64,000 bases of DNA from Chloroflexota bacterium (GCA_005887995.1 VBJD01000030.1:2025-66024), one strand, 5' to 3'. Shown: positions 18,739 to 27,861, numbered from the stretch's first letter. Notes: generated by a model from the sequence alone, not told the origin. A program made the numbers and translations.

Positions 18739-19605
18739 ATGCGCACCTGGGGTGAGGCGCGGAGCTGGGGCATCGCGCGCCTCGTGACGGGCGCTGATCC
18801 CGCGACCGCGGCGCTCGACGCCGACGTCCTGCTGGCCTTCACGCTCGGCGGGACGAAGGAGGAGGTCTTCGCGCACCCCGAGCGCCGGCTCTCCGCCGCC
18901 GACGACGCCCGTTTCGTATCGCTCGTGGAGCGCCGCCACGCGGGTGAGCCGGTCGCGTACCTGCGCGGATTCAAGGAATTCTTCGGAGTCTCCTTGATGG
19001 TCGATTCGCGCGTGCTCATCCCGCGTCCGGAAACGGAAACCCTCGTGGAAGAGGCCCTCCGCTTCATCCGGACTCTCAGGCAGGCGATCGTTGTCGATGT
19101 TGGGACTGGTTCCGGTGCGATCGCATGCGCGATCGCAGTTCGCGCGCCGCACGCCCGCGTCATCGCGACCGACGCGTCGGCGGATGCGCTCGCGGTCGCT
19201 GAGTCGAACGCACGAGCGCTCGGCGTCGCCGCGCGCGTCGAGCTCCGTCAAGGGGATCTGTTCGCGCCGATCGGCGAACGCGTGGATGTCGTCTGCGCGA
19301 ACCTTCCGTACCTGCGCGCGGACGACCTCGCATCGCTCGTCGGTGAACGCACCTCGCTCGCGTATGAGCCACGCATCGCCGTCGTCGCCGGAAGTGACGG
19401 TCTCGACGTGATCCGTCGCGCGGTCAGCGACACGAATCGCGTGCTCGCGCCCGGCGGCGCGGCGTTCTTCGAGTGCGATCCACCCCAGGCGAAGGCGATC
19501 TCGGCCCTTCTCGAGGCGGCGGGGCTGCGGACGCGTGTCGTCCGCGATCTCGCAGGCGCGGAGCGCGTCGTCGCGGGCCGGTCTAGCGGTGAAGGAAGGC
19601 GCTGA
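18739..19605 (+). CDS. prmC: Release-factor glutamine N5-methyltransferase
   Basis: EPVAYLRGFKEFFG, LIPRPETE, VDVGTGSGAI, ANLPY (NPPY variant). ATG 18739 lies inside the longer track ORF. Confidence 0.9.
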   Translation: MRTWGEARSWGIARLVTGADPATAALDADVLLAFTLGGTKEEVFAHPERRLSAADDARFVSLVERRHAGEPVAYLRGFKEFFGVSLMVDSRVLIPRPETETLVEEALRFIRTLRQAIVVDVGTGSGAIACAIAVRAPHARVIATDASADALAVAESNARALGVAARVELRQGDLFAPIGERVDVVCANLPYLRADDLASLVGERTSLAYEPRIAVVAGSDGLDVIRRAVSDTNRVLAPGGAAFFECDPPQAKAISALLEAAGLRTRVVRDLAGAERVVAGRSSGEGRR

Positions 19606-20203
19606 CGCCCGCGGCCTCGATGCTCGCGGTCCAGGCGAGGAGCACGAGCGCACCGGCGAAGCAGGCGAGTTCGCTCGAGCGCAGGCGCAGGTCGGTCCAC
19701 CCGCGCACTCGTGAGAGCGTGAGGTCGTACCAGCGCCGTGGCTTCCAGAAGTGGATGTTCGCGAGCGCGGCCGCGACGAGGAGGTACGCGAGGATCTCGC
19801 GCGCGCCGATGTGCTGCCACATGACGTCGAGGCGCGGCGCGAGCTTCCCGGGGACGGTGAGCACGAATGAGTTCGTGCCGAGCGCGACGCCGTACCCGAT
19901 GGCCCACCACCACGGCGCGACGTAGCCGAGGGACAGCCGGCCGACCGCGAAGAGGCTGCCGACGACGATCGCACCTACGCCGAAGATCACGTTCCACTGG
20001 AAGATCGCCGCGCCGAGCGACGGCCCGGCGAAGAGGACCTGGTCGGGGACGCGGATCGTGAGGATGTCTCGGAAGGACCCCTCGCTGAGGAAGGAGTAGC
20101 TCAGCGTCCATGCGGCGAGCCACAGGCCGACAGCGATGAGGCTCGCGGTGATCGTGCGGCGGATCGGACTCTTGTGCGTGAGCGAGCGGAGGATGCTCCC
20201 CAT
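19583..20203 (-). CDS. Hypothetical polytopic membrane protein
   Basis: ATG 20203 preceded by GGAAGG. Five or six hydrophobic segments. 3' end overlaps prmC by 23 nt (convergent). Confidence 0.5.
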   Translation of the reverse strand: MGSILRSLTHKSPIRRTITASLIAVGLWLAAWTLSYSFLSEGSFRDILTIRVPDQVLFAGPSLGAAIFQWNVIFGVGAIVVGSLFAVGRLSLGYVAPWWWAIGYGVALGTNSFVLTVPGKLAPRLDVMWQHIGAREILAYLLVAAALANIHFWKPRRWYDLTLSRVRGWTDLRLRSSELACFAGALVLLAWTASIEAAGVSAFLHR

Positions 20204-20308
20204 AGAAACCCTTCCAACACGGATCGCGAGCTTGTGATGTATTCCAGCACGGCCCGTACGCCGTTCCGCTATCGGGCCGGTAGCGATATCGCGCCTATCA
20301 TCGGCTCG

Positions 20309-20908
20309 ATGAAGACGCGCCTCCTCCCGGCGGATTCGCCCGGGGCGGTGGAGGACGCGGCGGCGGCGCTGGGGCGTGGCGAGCTCGTCGCCTTTCCCAC
20401 TGACACCGTGTACGGACTTGGGGCAGGGCATGACCATCTGCGCAAGCTCTACGTCGCGAAGGACCGGCCGAAGGAGAAGCGGATCCCGGTCCTGCTCTCC
20501 GACGCCGCGAACCTCGAGGCAAGCGCACAGGTGACGCCGGCGGCACGCGCGCTCGCTGCCGCGTTCTGGCCGGGGCCGCTGACGCTCATCCTCGTCGCGC
20601 CTCGGCGGGGCACGATCGCGTTCCGCGTCCCGGACAATCCCGTGGCGCGCCGTCTCATCGCCGCGAGCGGTGGCGGCCTCCCGGTCACGAGCGCGAATCG
20701 TTCAGGTCATCCGGACTGCCGCACCGCGGACGAGGTGCTCGAGCAGCTCGACGGACGCGTCGCACTCATTCTCGACGGCGGCCGGACCGCCGGCGACAAG
20801 CCATCGACGATCGTCGACTGCACGACGGAGCATCCCGTCATCAAGCGCGAGGGCATGATCTCGGCGGACGAGATCGAGCGCGTGCTGCGCCAGGTGCAGG
20901 TCGCATGA
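20309..20908 (+). CDS. tsaC: L-threonylcarbamoyladenylate synthase (TsaC/YwlC, Sua5-YciO-YrdC domain)
   Basis: GELVAFPTDTVYGLGA, KDRPKEKRIPVL, SANRSGHP. Confidence 0.85.
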   Translation: MKTRLLPADSPGAVEDAAAALGRGELVAFPTDTVYGLGAGHDHLRKLYVAKDRPKEKRIPVLLSDAANLEASAQVTPAARALAAAFWPGPLTLILVAPRRGTIAFRVPDNPVARRLIAASGGGLPVTSANRSGHPDCRTADEVLEQLDGRVALILDGGRTAGDKPSTIVDCTTEHPVIKREGMISADEIERVLRQVQVA

Positions 20909-21393
20909 GGATCGGCGTCGCGGCCGATCACGCGGGCCAGCGGCTGAAGGACATGCTCGTCGCGCACCTTCGATCGAGGGGCCACGACGTGCGGACATAC
21001 GGACCACTGTCCGAACCAGAGGATGATTACCCGCTCATCGCGCGCGTGCTGGGGGAAGCGGTGCAGCGCGGCGAGGTGGAGCGCGCGGTCTTCTGCTGCG
21101 GCTCGGGCATCGGCCCGGCCGTTGCGCTCAACAAGATGAGCGGCATCCGCGCGGCGGTCGTCGACAACGAGTGGAGCGCGCGCGACGCGGTGAGGCACGT
21201 CGACGTGAACGTCCTCACGCTCGGCGAGCGCGTGATCGGCGAAGAGCTCGCGAAGAGCCTCGTGGACGCGTACCTTGGAGCCCAACCCGAAGGCGGACGC
21301 CACGACAGACGCCGGAAGCAAATTTCCGAACTGGAACGAGCGACGAGCAGTTCAGGGGCAGGGGCCCCTGTTCAGCGAGCGCAGCGAGCGTGA
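20905..21393 (+). CDS. rpiB: Ribose-5-phosphate isomerase B
   Basis: MRIGVAADHAG, FCCGSGIGPAVALNK, EGGRHDRR. ATGA overlap with tsaC. The last ~20 codons lie inside repeat copy A. Confidence 0.9.
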   Translation: MRIGVAADHAGQRLKDMLVAHLRSRGHDVRTYGPLSEPEDDYPLIARVLGEAVQRGEVERAVFCCGSGIGPAVALNKMSGIRAAVVDNEWSARDAVRHVDVNVLTLGERVIGEELAKSLVDAYLGAQPEGGRHDRRRKQISELERATSSSGAGAPVQRAQRA

Positions 21394-21449
21394 GCGAGGA
21401 GCGAGTCCGCTCGTGGCAGTGACAACGAGCGGTTGAACAGGAGGGGCGT
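21328..21449 (+). repeat. Junction element copy A (rpiB|glyA)
   Basis: Contains the 26-mer CAGGGGCAGGGGCCCCTGTTCAGCGA (21353..21378), identical to 57086..57111, then GCGTGAGCGAGGAGCGAGTCCGC...ACGAGCGGTTGAACAGGAGG. Confidence 0.7.
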
Positions 21450-23018
21450 ATGAGCTTGTTGTCGCAGTACCTCGAGCGCGTCGGTGACCGGTCGCCGGAT
21501 CCCGCACCCGCCGCGCTGTACGCGATGCTCGATCACATCGCCACCGTCTCGCCGAGCGTGGCAGCCGCCATCGTGCATGAGTTCAGCGATCAGCGGACGA
21601 ATCTCAAGCTCATCGCCAGCGAGAACTATTGCTCGCTCGCGACCCAGTTCGCGCAGGGCACGTTGTTCACCGACAAGTACGCCGAGGGCTATCCGGCCCA
21701 TCGCTTCTACGCGGGTTGCGACAACGTGGACGACGTCGAGAGCGAAGCGGCGCGGCTCGCGTGCGAGCTCTTCGGCGCGGAGCACGCGTACGTGCAACCC
21801 CACTCGGGTGCGGATGCGAACCTGCTCGCGTACCTCGCGATCCTCGCAACGCGCGTCGAGGAGCCGCTGCTCGAGAAGATCGGCGTCGAGGATCCCACGA
21901 AGGTGTCCAGCGCCGACTGGGCGCGCGTCCGCGAGGCGACGCACAACCAGCGGATGCTCGGACTCGACTACTACTCGGGTGGACACTTGACGCACGGCTA
22001 CCGCCACAACTATTCGAGCCAGCTCTTCGACGCGTATACGTACACCGTCGATCGCTCGACGATGCTGCTCGACCTGGACGAGATCCGGCGGCAGGCGCGT
22101 GAGATCAAGCCACTTGTGCTGCTCGCCGGCTACAGCGCCTACTCGCGGAAGATCGACTTCGCGAAGATGCGAGAGATCGCTGATGAAGTCGGCGCCGTCC
22201 TCATGGTCGACATGGCCCACTTCGCGGGCCTGGTCGCGGGTGGGGTCTTCGAAGGGAACTACAACCCTGTGCCATTCGCACACGTCGTCACGACGACGAC
22301 GCATAAGACGCTGCGCGGTCCGCGCGGCGGCATGATCCTGTGCACGTCCGAGTTCGCGGAGGCCGTGGACAAGGGTTGCCCGATCATCCTGGGCGGACCG
22401 TTGCCACACGTGCTCGCGGCGAAAGCGGTCGCGCTGCGGGAGGCGAGCCAGCCGAGCTTCCGCGACTACGCGCGTCGCATCGTCGAGAACGCGCGGGCGC
22501 TCGCCGAGGCGTGCGTCTCAGAGGGCATGGACGTCCTCACCGGCGGTACCGACAACCATCTGCTGCTCATCGACGTCCATCGGAGCTTCGGGCTCACCGG
22601 ACGGCAGGCGGAGTCCGCGATCCGTTCGTGCCACATGACGCTGAACCGCAACGCGCTGCCGTTCGACGCGAATGGGCCCTGGTACACGAGCGGGCTACGC
22701 GTGGGGACGCCGGCGGCGACGACGCTCGGGATGACCCCCGCCGACATGCGCGAGATCGCCGCGGTGTTCAAGCTCGTCCTCGCGAACGCGAAGGCCGCGA
22801 CCGTGCAAAAGGGAGCCGACGCCGGACAACAGAGCCGCGCGCGCTTCGAGCTCGCACCTCGCGCCGCGGAGGCGGCTCGCGAGCGCGTCGCCGCGCTGCT
22901 CGGTCGTTATCCCGTCTATCCGGAGATCGATCTCGACCTGCTCGGCGCCGCGGCACGCGACTGGGGCGATACCGCGAGACCGGCGTCTGCGATGAAGGCG
23001 GCCGCGGCAGTCCGCTGA
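21450..23018 (+). CDS. glyA: Serine hydroxymethyltransferase (long form, 522 aa)
   Basis: LIASENY, TDKYAEGYP, TTTTHKTLRGPRGGMIL (PLP lysine). Confidence 0.95.
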   Translation: MSLLSQYLERVGDRSPDPAPAALYAMLDHIATVSPSVAAAIVHEFSDQRTNLKLIASENYCSLATQFAQGTLFTDKYAEGYPAHRFYAGCDNVDDVESEAARLACELFGAEHAYVQPHSGADANLLAYLAILATRVEEPLLEKIGVEDPTKVSSADWARVREATHNQRMLGLDYYSGGHLTHGYRHNYSSQLFDAYTYTVDRSTMLLDLDEIRRQAREIKPLVLLAGYSAYSRKIDFAKMREIADEVGAVLMVDMAHFAGLVAGGVFEGNYNPVPFAHVVTTTTHKTLRGPRGGMILCTSEFAEAVDKGCPIILGGPLPHVLAAKAVALREASQPSFRDYARRIVENARALAEACVSEGMDVLTGGTDNHLLLIDVHRSFGLTGRQAESAIRSCHMTLNRNALPFDANGPWYTSGLRVGTPAATTLGMTPADMREIAAVFKLVLANAKAATVQKGADAGQQSRARFELAPRAAEAARERVAALLGRYPVYPEIDLDLLGAAARDWGDTARPASAMKAAAAVR

Positions 23019-23647
23019 GCGCACCGCAGCTCCACGTCTCGACGCACCCGCTGCTGCGGGAGAAGTTGACTCGTCTCCGTGATGAAAAGACCGCGCCGCG
23101 TCTCTTCCGCCAGCTCGTCGGAGAGATCGCGACGCTCCTCCTCTATGAGGCGACCGCGGACCTGCCCGTGCAGGAGACGACGGTGAAGACGCCGCTCGCG
23201 GATGCGAAGGGCGCGAAACTCGCCGAACCGGTCGGCCTCGTGCCGGTCCTGCGTGCGGGCATCGGCATGGTCGAGGCCGCGCTCGAGCTCATGCCCGACG
23301 CGCAGGTCTGGCACATCGGCCTCTTCCGCGACGAGCGCACGCTCCGACCGATCGAGTACTACAACAAGCTGCCCTCATCGGCCACAGTCGCGGTGTGCCT
23401 GGTCCTCGATCCGATGCTCGCCACCGGAGGATCGGCCGTCGCGACGATCGACATCCTGAAGAAGTGGGGCGCGAAGCGCGTGAAGTATGTCGGGATCATC
23501 GCCGCGCCTGAGGGGGTACGAGCCCTCTCCAGCGCGCACCCTGATGTCCCGATCCACGTCGGCGCGCTCGACGAGCGCCTCAACGAGAAGGGCTACATCG
23601 TCCCCGGCCTCGGCGACGCCGGCGACCGGCAGTTCGGGACCGGCTAG
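23015..23647 (+). CDS. upp: Uracil phosphoribosyltransferase
   Basis: HPLLREKLTRLRDE, VPVLRAGIGM, VLDPMLATGGS, YIVPGLGDAGDR. There is no in-frame ATG/GTG/TTG near the N-terminus, so CTG at 23015 (CTGA overlap with the glyA stop) is my best guess. Confidence 0.85.
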   Translation: MSAPQLHVSTHPLLREKLTRLRDEKTAPRLFRQLVGEIATLLLYEATADLPVQETTVKTPLADAKGAKLAEPVGLVPVLRAGIGMVEAALELMPDAQVWHIGLFRDERTLRPIEYYNKLPSSATVAVCLVLDPMLATGGSAVATIDILKKWGAKRVKYVGIIAAPEGVRALSSAHPDVPIHVGALDERLNEKGYIVPGLGDAGDRQFGTG

Positions 23648-23658
23648 ATGGGTCGGCC

Positions 23659-23910
23659 CTAGCCCTGAACGACCGGATGGATCTCGTCCGCGGTGAGCCC
23701 GTGCGCCTCTTTGTGCACGCGGTTGGCCGTTTCGGCGTTCGGCGCGTCGACGAGGCAGAAGATCTGGCCGGACTTCTCGTCGAACCAGTAGTTGATGTAC
23801 TTGACGCCGTATTTCTCCTGCGTCTTCACGTCGGCTATGTGCGCGGCTGCCACGTCCTTCGCCTTCGTCCCCTCCGGCGCCTTCTTGTGAACGTCCATGA
23901 ATAGCGGCAT
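23659..23910 (-). CDS. DUF4242 (SCO4226-like) small protein
   Basis: MPLFMDVHK...YINYWFDEKSGQIFCLVDAPNAE pattern. Confidence 0.65.
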   Translation of the reverse strand: MPLFMDVHKKAPEGTKAKDVAAAHIADVKTQEKYGVKYINYWFDEKSGQIFCLVDAPNAETANRVHKEAHGLTADEIHPVVQG

Positions 23911-23980
23911 CTCTCGCTCCTCTCGTTCGGGGTTGCCCCGTGATAGGGCGGTTATAAGCGCGATCGCGTAAGTCCGCTGG

Positions 23981-24601
23981 CTACGGCCCGAAGTACTGGA
24001 AAAAACCGAACGACGCGTAGCGCCCCGAGTGGTCGTAGCTCACCTCGCCGGTGTTCAGCGTGAAACGCTTTGAGCCGACGAGCGCGACCTCCTTCACGAG
24101 CAGTCCCTCAGGGAGCGCGAGCCGCGGATGCGTCGTCTCCTTCGTGACGGGGTTGCGGATGTACTCGGTCTCGATCGTCAGCGTGTCCCCACCGCGGACG
24201 CGCGGCAGCCGCGTCTCGATATCGACCTCGTACTTCACGACGTGCGGGCCGTGCAGCTCTTTGAACGTCTTACGGAATATCGCAAACGGGCCGCCGGAAG
24301 TCCCTCGCACGAGCGAAGCAAGCGCCTCGCGCTGTGCGCCAGCCGCCTTCTCGTCGAGCAGATACGTTGCGACGCCGTTGCCCTCGTGGATCGCTGCCGG
24401 CCAATTCGCGTAGAGCCCGAAACACAGGCCATCGAGACTCTCATCGCCGTACTTGCCCTGCTCGATCTGCCAGGTCCACCCGCCTTCGCACTTTCCCGTC
24501 GTCGGTCGCCCGTTGACGTTGCACGGACAGCCGTACTCGCAGTTGCAGGCGATGATGAGCGTCCCTTTGATCATCCAAACCGGCGGCTTCGTCTCAGCCA
24601 T
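23981..24601 (-). CDS. DUF1326 domain protein
   Basis: WMIKGTLIIACNCEYGCPCNVNG Cys motif. Confidence 0.75.
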   Translation of the reverse strand: MAETKPPVWMIKGTLIIACNCEYGCPCNVNGRPTTGKCEGGWTWQIEQGKYGDESLDGLCFGLYANWPAAIHEGNGVATYLLDEKAAGAQREALASLVRGTSGGPFAIFRKTFKELHGPHVVKYEVDIETRLPRVRGGDTLTIETEYIRNPVTKETTHPRLALPEGLLVKEVALVGSKRFTLNTGEVSYDHSGRYASFGFFQYFGP

Positions 24602-24613
24602 GTGTTTCTCCTC

Positions 24614-25225
24614 TCACATCCGCGTGCCGACGCCGACGACGAGGTCGGGACGCACGAACACCACGAATGATGCGGCCACGAGTATCGCGCCAATGACGCG
24701 ACCGAACGCGACGCCGCGCGGGAACAGTTTCTCGATCAGCACCACGACGGCGATCGCGGCGGCCCACGCGATGCTCATCGCGCCGATGCCGACGAAGATC
24801 GCCATCAACGCCCAGCAGCAGCCGACGCAGTAGAGACCGTGCTCGATGCCGAGGCGCAGTTGCCCGCCCAGTCCGCGGTACCAGTGCGTCATGAGGAAGT
24901 CGGCCGGCGTTCGGCACGCCCGAAGGCATGCTGACTTCAGCGGCGTGAACTGATAGCCGCCCGCGATGAGCAGGAGCACGGCAACGGAGATCGCGCGCTG
25001 CTCCTCCGCCATGACCATCTCGCTGATGAACGCCGCCGCCCACACGACGATGCCGACGGCGCCCCAAACAAGCAGATATCCCGCGATGAACGTGCCGGAC
25101 CAGAGCTGTCGTCGCATGCCACCGTCCGCGCCGAGCCGATGAAGGCGAATCATCGGCATCGCCGACGGCAACATCATCGCGGCCATCATCACCGTCCACG
25201 ACCCAATGAACGCGGGCATATCCAT
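24614..25225 (-). CDS. DUF2182 putative metal-binding membrane protein
   Basis: WTVMMAAMMLPSAMP motif, polytopic. This family is the usual partner of DUF1326. Confidence 0.75.
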   Translation of the reverse strand: MDMPAFIGSWTVMMAAMMLPSAMPMIRLHRLGADGGMRRQLWSGTFIAGYLLVWGAVGIVVWAAAFISEMVMAEEQRAISVAVLLLIAGGYQFTPLKSACLRACRTPADFLMTHWYRGLGGQLRLGIEHGLYCVGCCWALMAIFVGIGAMSIAWAAAIAVVVLIEKLFPRGVAFGRVIGAILVAASFVVFVRPDLVVGVGTRM

Positions 25226-25296
25226 CGACGGCGCGACAGTCTATTCGTTGTGAACCCACAGACCGTGGAACGCAGGCTGCAACGGGCGGCGCTATC

Positions 25297-26418
25297 GTGA
25301 CGGAGCTGGTGGTCTCCGAGGCATTTCCTATGACGGTCGTCCTGTATGTGCTGTCGACGTTCGTGGCGTTCGCGACGGCGGCCGGGCTCACGCCACTCAT
25401 CGCGCACCTCGCGGGGAGACTCAACATGCTCGACATGCCGGGGGGCAGGCGACAGCACCCCTGGCCGATCCCGCGACCGGGCGGCCTCGCGATCGCACTC
25501 GCATTCGGTCTGACGATCTTCCTGTTCTGGGCGATCGACCGCTACATGGGCCGACCGTTCCTCATCCCTGAAGAGGTCCGCACCCCGCGATTCGCGCTCA
25601 CCGCGCTCGCCGCGTTCCTCGGCATGACGGTCGGGTTCATCGACGACACGTTCGACCTCCGCGCGCGCTGGCAGTTCCTCGGCAACGCGATCGTCGCGTT
25701 CATCGTCATCGCCGCAGGCATTCACATCGACTTCGTCGACGACCCGCTCGGCAGCGGACTCATCCAGCTCGCGTTCCCCGTCGCCGTCGCGTTCACGTTC
25801 TTCTGGATCGTCGGCATGAACGTCGCGCTGAACTTCATCGACGGTCTCGATGGCCTCGCGGCCGGTGTCTCGGCGATCGCCGCGGCAACGCTCGGGGCGA
25901 TCGCGCTCTTGCCGCAGGTATCCGAGCCGTTCGTCGCGTGGATGGCGTTCTCGCTCGCCGGCGCGTCGCTCGGCTTCCTCTTGTTCAACTTCCATCCCGC
26001 GCGCCTCTTCATGGGCACGAGCGGTGTCGTCTTCGTGGGCACGATGCTCGCCGTCCTCTCGATCTTCGGGACCGCGAAGGTCGCGGCGGCGCTTCTCGTG
26101 CTGGGCGTGCCGATCATCGACACCTTCTATGTGCTCGTGCGGCGGCTCCTCCAAAGGCAGCCGCCCTTCGCGCCCGATCGCGGCCACTTCCACCACCGCC
26201 TGCTGGACGTCGGCCTCTCCCATTCACAGGCGGTGCTGCTCATCTACGCGCTCACCCTTGGTTTCGGCGCGCTCGCGCTGCTCACCAACGGACGCACCCA
26301 GGTCATCGCGTTCGTCGGTGCGTTCGTCGTGTTCGGCGTCGTCGTGCTCGCGCTCGCGCAGCGCGCGCCGAAGGCGACGCACGTCGAGCCCGCGGTCTAT
26401 GCCGAGGACGGCGACTAA
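25297..26418 (+). CDS. Polyprenyl-phosphate HexNAc-1-phosphate transferase (GT4 MraY/WecA/TagO family)
   Basis: MLDMPGGRRQHP, FIDDTFDL, NFIDGLDGLAAG, HFHHRLL. Confidence 0.85.
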   Translation: MTELVVSEAFPMTVVLYVLSTFVAFATAAGLTPLIAHLAGRLNMLDMPGGRRQHPWPIPRPGGLAIALAFGLTIFLFWAIDRYMGRPFLIPEEVRTPRFALTALAAFLGMTVGFIDDTFDLRARWQFLGNAIVAFIVIAAGIHIDFVDDPLGSGLIQLAFPVAVAFTFFWIVGMNVALNFIDGLDGLAAGVSAIAAATLGAIALLPQVSEPFVAWMAFSLAGASLGFLLFNFHPARLFMGTSGVVFVGTMLAVLSIFGTAKVAAALLVLGVPIIDTFYVLVRRLLQRQPPFAPDRGHFHHRLLDVGLSHSQAVLLIYALTLGFGALALLTNGRTQVIAFVGAFVVFGVVVLALAQRAPKATHVEPAVYAEDGD

Positions 26419-27340
26419 GAAGGACCGCGTCTCAGGCCGGGATAAGGTCCTCATCGGGACGTGTTCTTGGACCGATCCGACTCTCATCGCCTCCGGTTGG
26501 TATCCCGAGGACATCGCGAAGAAGCCGGACGAGCGTCTTCGCTATTACGCCGAGCGCTTCCCACTCGTCGAGAACGACGCCTCGTACTACGCGATCCCCG
26601 ACCAGAAGCAGGCGAAGCTCTGGGTCGAGCGCACCCCCGACCACTTCAAGATGAACTTCAAGGCGTTCGGCACGATCACGACGCATCCGACCGATCCGAA
26701 GCGACTGCCAAAAGAGCTGCGCGAGTCGCTCCCCGAAGACGCGCTCGAAAAGCGGCGCCTCTATCCGAAGGACTTCCCCAAGGAGGTCCTCGACGAGGTG
26801 CACGCTCGGTTCTGGGTCGGGCTCGAGCCGCTTCGCAAGAGCGGAAAGCTCGGCGCGATCCTCCTGCAGTACCCCGAATGGTTCCCGATCGGCTCCAAGA
26901 ACAAGGCGGAGATCCTCCGCGCGCGCGAGCTCCTGCCGGACGACACGCTCGCCGTCGAATTCCGCAACCGTACCTGGATGGAGGAGCGCAATCAGGAGGA
27001 GACGCTCGCGTTCCTGCGCCAGAACGGGCTTACGTACGTGTCAGTCGACGAGCCGCAGGGCTTCCCCTCGTCGATCCCGCCCGTCGCGGCGGTGACCGCG
27101 CCCCTCGCGATCGTGCGCTTCCATGGTCGCAACGCTGAGAACTGGAAGAAGCCGGGTCTCACCGCGGCGGAGCGCTTCGACTACGAGTACAGGCTGCCCG
27201 AGCTGAAGGAATGGCTACCGAAGATCAAGCGACTCGAGGAGGAGGCTGATGAGGTTCACCTGCTCATGAACAACTGCTACGGCGACAAGGCTGTGCGCAA
27301 CGCGGCCGACCTCGGGAAGCTGCTCGCCGCGCGGAACTAG
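26399..27340 (+). CDS. DUF72 (UPF0759) family protein
   Basis: IGTCSWTD, YYAERFPLVENDASYY, FKAF, ILLQYPEWF. ATG 26399 lies within the longer track ORF 25850..27340. Confidence 0.8.
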   Translation: MPRTATKKDRVSGRDKVLIGTCSWTDPTLIASGWYPEDIAKKPDERLRYYAERFPLVENDASYYAIPDQKQAKLWVERTPDHFKMNFKAFGTITTHPTDPKRLPKELRESLPEDALEKRRLYPKDFPKEVLDEVHARFWVGLEPLRKSGKLGAILLQYPEWFPIGSKNKAEILRARELLPDDTLAVEFRNRTWMEERNQEETLAFLRQNGLTYVSVDEPQGFPSSIPPVAAVTAPLAIVRFHGRNAENWKKPGLTAAERFDYEYRLPELKEWLPKIKRLEEEADEVHLLMNNCYGDKAVRNAADLGKLLAARN

Positions 27341-27861
27341 GCGGGCGGGACGGGCCGCGCCGCGGGCGCGGGGACGGCGCTGACCTTCGCCGGCGCCGGT
27401 ACGCGGAACGCGGTCCACACGGCGATGCCCCAGAACAGCAGCGTGAGTGGATCGTCCTGGATCGTGCTGACCACGAAGTCCCACGCGACGTCGAGCGGAA
27501 GGAACATCGGGATCTGCGACGCCGTCGCGCTGCCCTGTTCGACGAGGTACTCGACGACGAAGTGGCGGATGATGAAGTACTCGGCCCCCGCCATGGCCGC
27601 GAGCGTCAGAGAAACGCTCAGCAGCTGCAGCCGCACGTTGCGCTTGTTGCCGGAGCCCATGAGCACGCCGGTCCCGACGAGCGCACCGATGATCACCGCG
27701 ACGAGACCGAGCTCGCGTTCGGTGAGGACGACGATCGCGAACCAGATCGCGGCGCCGATCGCGCCGGCGACGAGACCGTAGAGGAGCGCGCGCGGCATGT
27801 TCGCGCCTTCGGCGGCCTCGCGATGCTGTTCGGCCGCGGTGGGGAAGCCTTTGTATTCCAT
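27337..27861 (-). CDS. Hypothetical membrane protein with Pro/Ala-rich tail
   Basis: Four hydrophobic segments; no known motif. Confidence 0.45.
   Translation of the reverse strand: MEYKGFPTAAEQHREAAEGANMPRALLYGLVAGAIGAAIWFAIVVLTERELGLVAVIIGALVGTGVLMGSGNKRNVRLQLLSVSLTLAAMAGAEYFIIRHFVVEYLVEQGSATASQIPMFLPLDVAWDFVVSTIQDDPLTLLFWGIAVWTAFRVPAPAKVSAVPAPAARPVPPA

Noticed and set aside
18724-19974. 416-aa minus-strand ORF across prmC
   Set aside because: Arg/Ser/Pro-rich shadow ORF. prmC motifs are on the plus strand, and the real minus-strand gene (19583..20203) is in another frame.
21394-21449. Possible riboswitch (for example ZTP/pfl) in the glyA leader
   Set aside because: I could not find the ZTP conserved blocks. 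The leader sequence is instead part of a repeat element also present at unrelated junctions.
21372-22409. 345-aa ORF antisense to glyA
   Set aside because: Shadow ORF; glyA is unambiguous.
22340-23014. N-terminal 225 codons of track ORF 22340..23647
   Set aside because: This part overlaps glyA in another frame and is Arg/Gly-rich. Only the last ~210 codons (upp) are real.
25189-26223. 344-aa minus-strand ORF antisense to the WecA-like gene
   Set aside because: Highly charged (Arg/Glu/Asp) composition. The plus-strand frame has MraY/WecA motifs.
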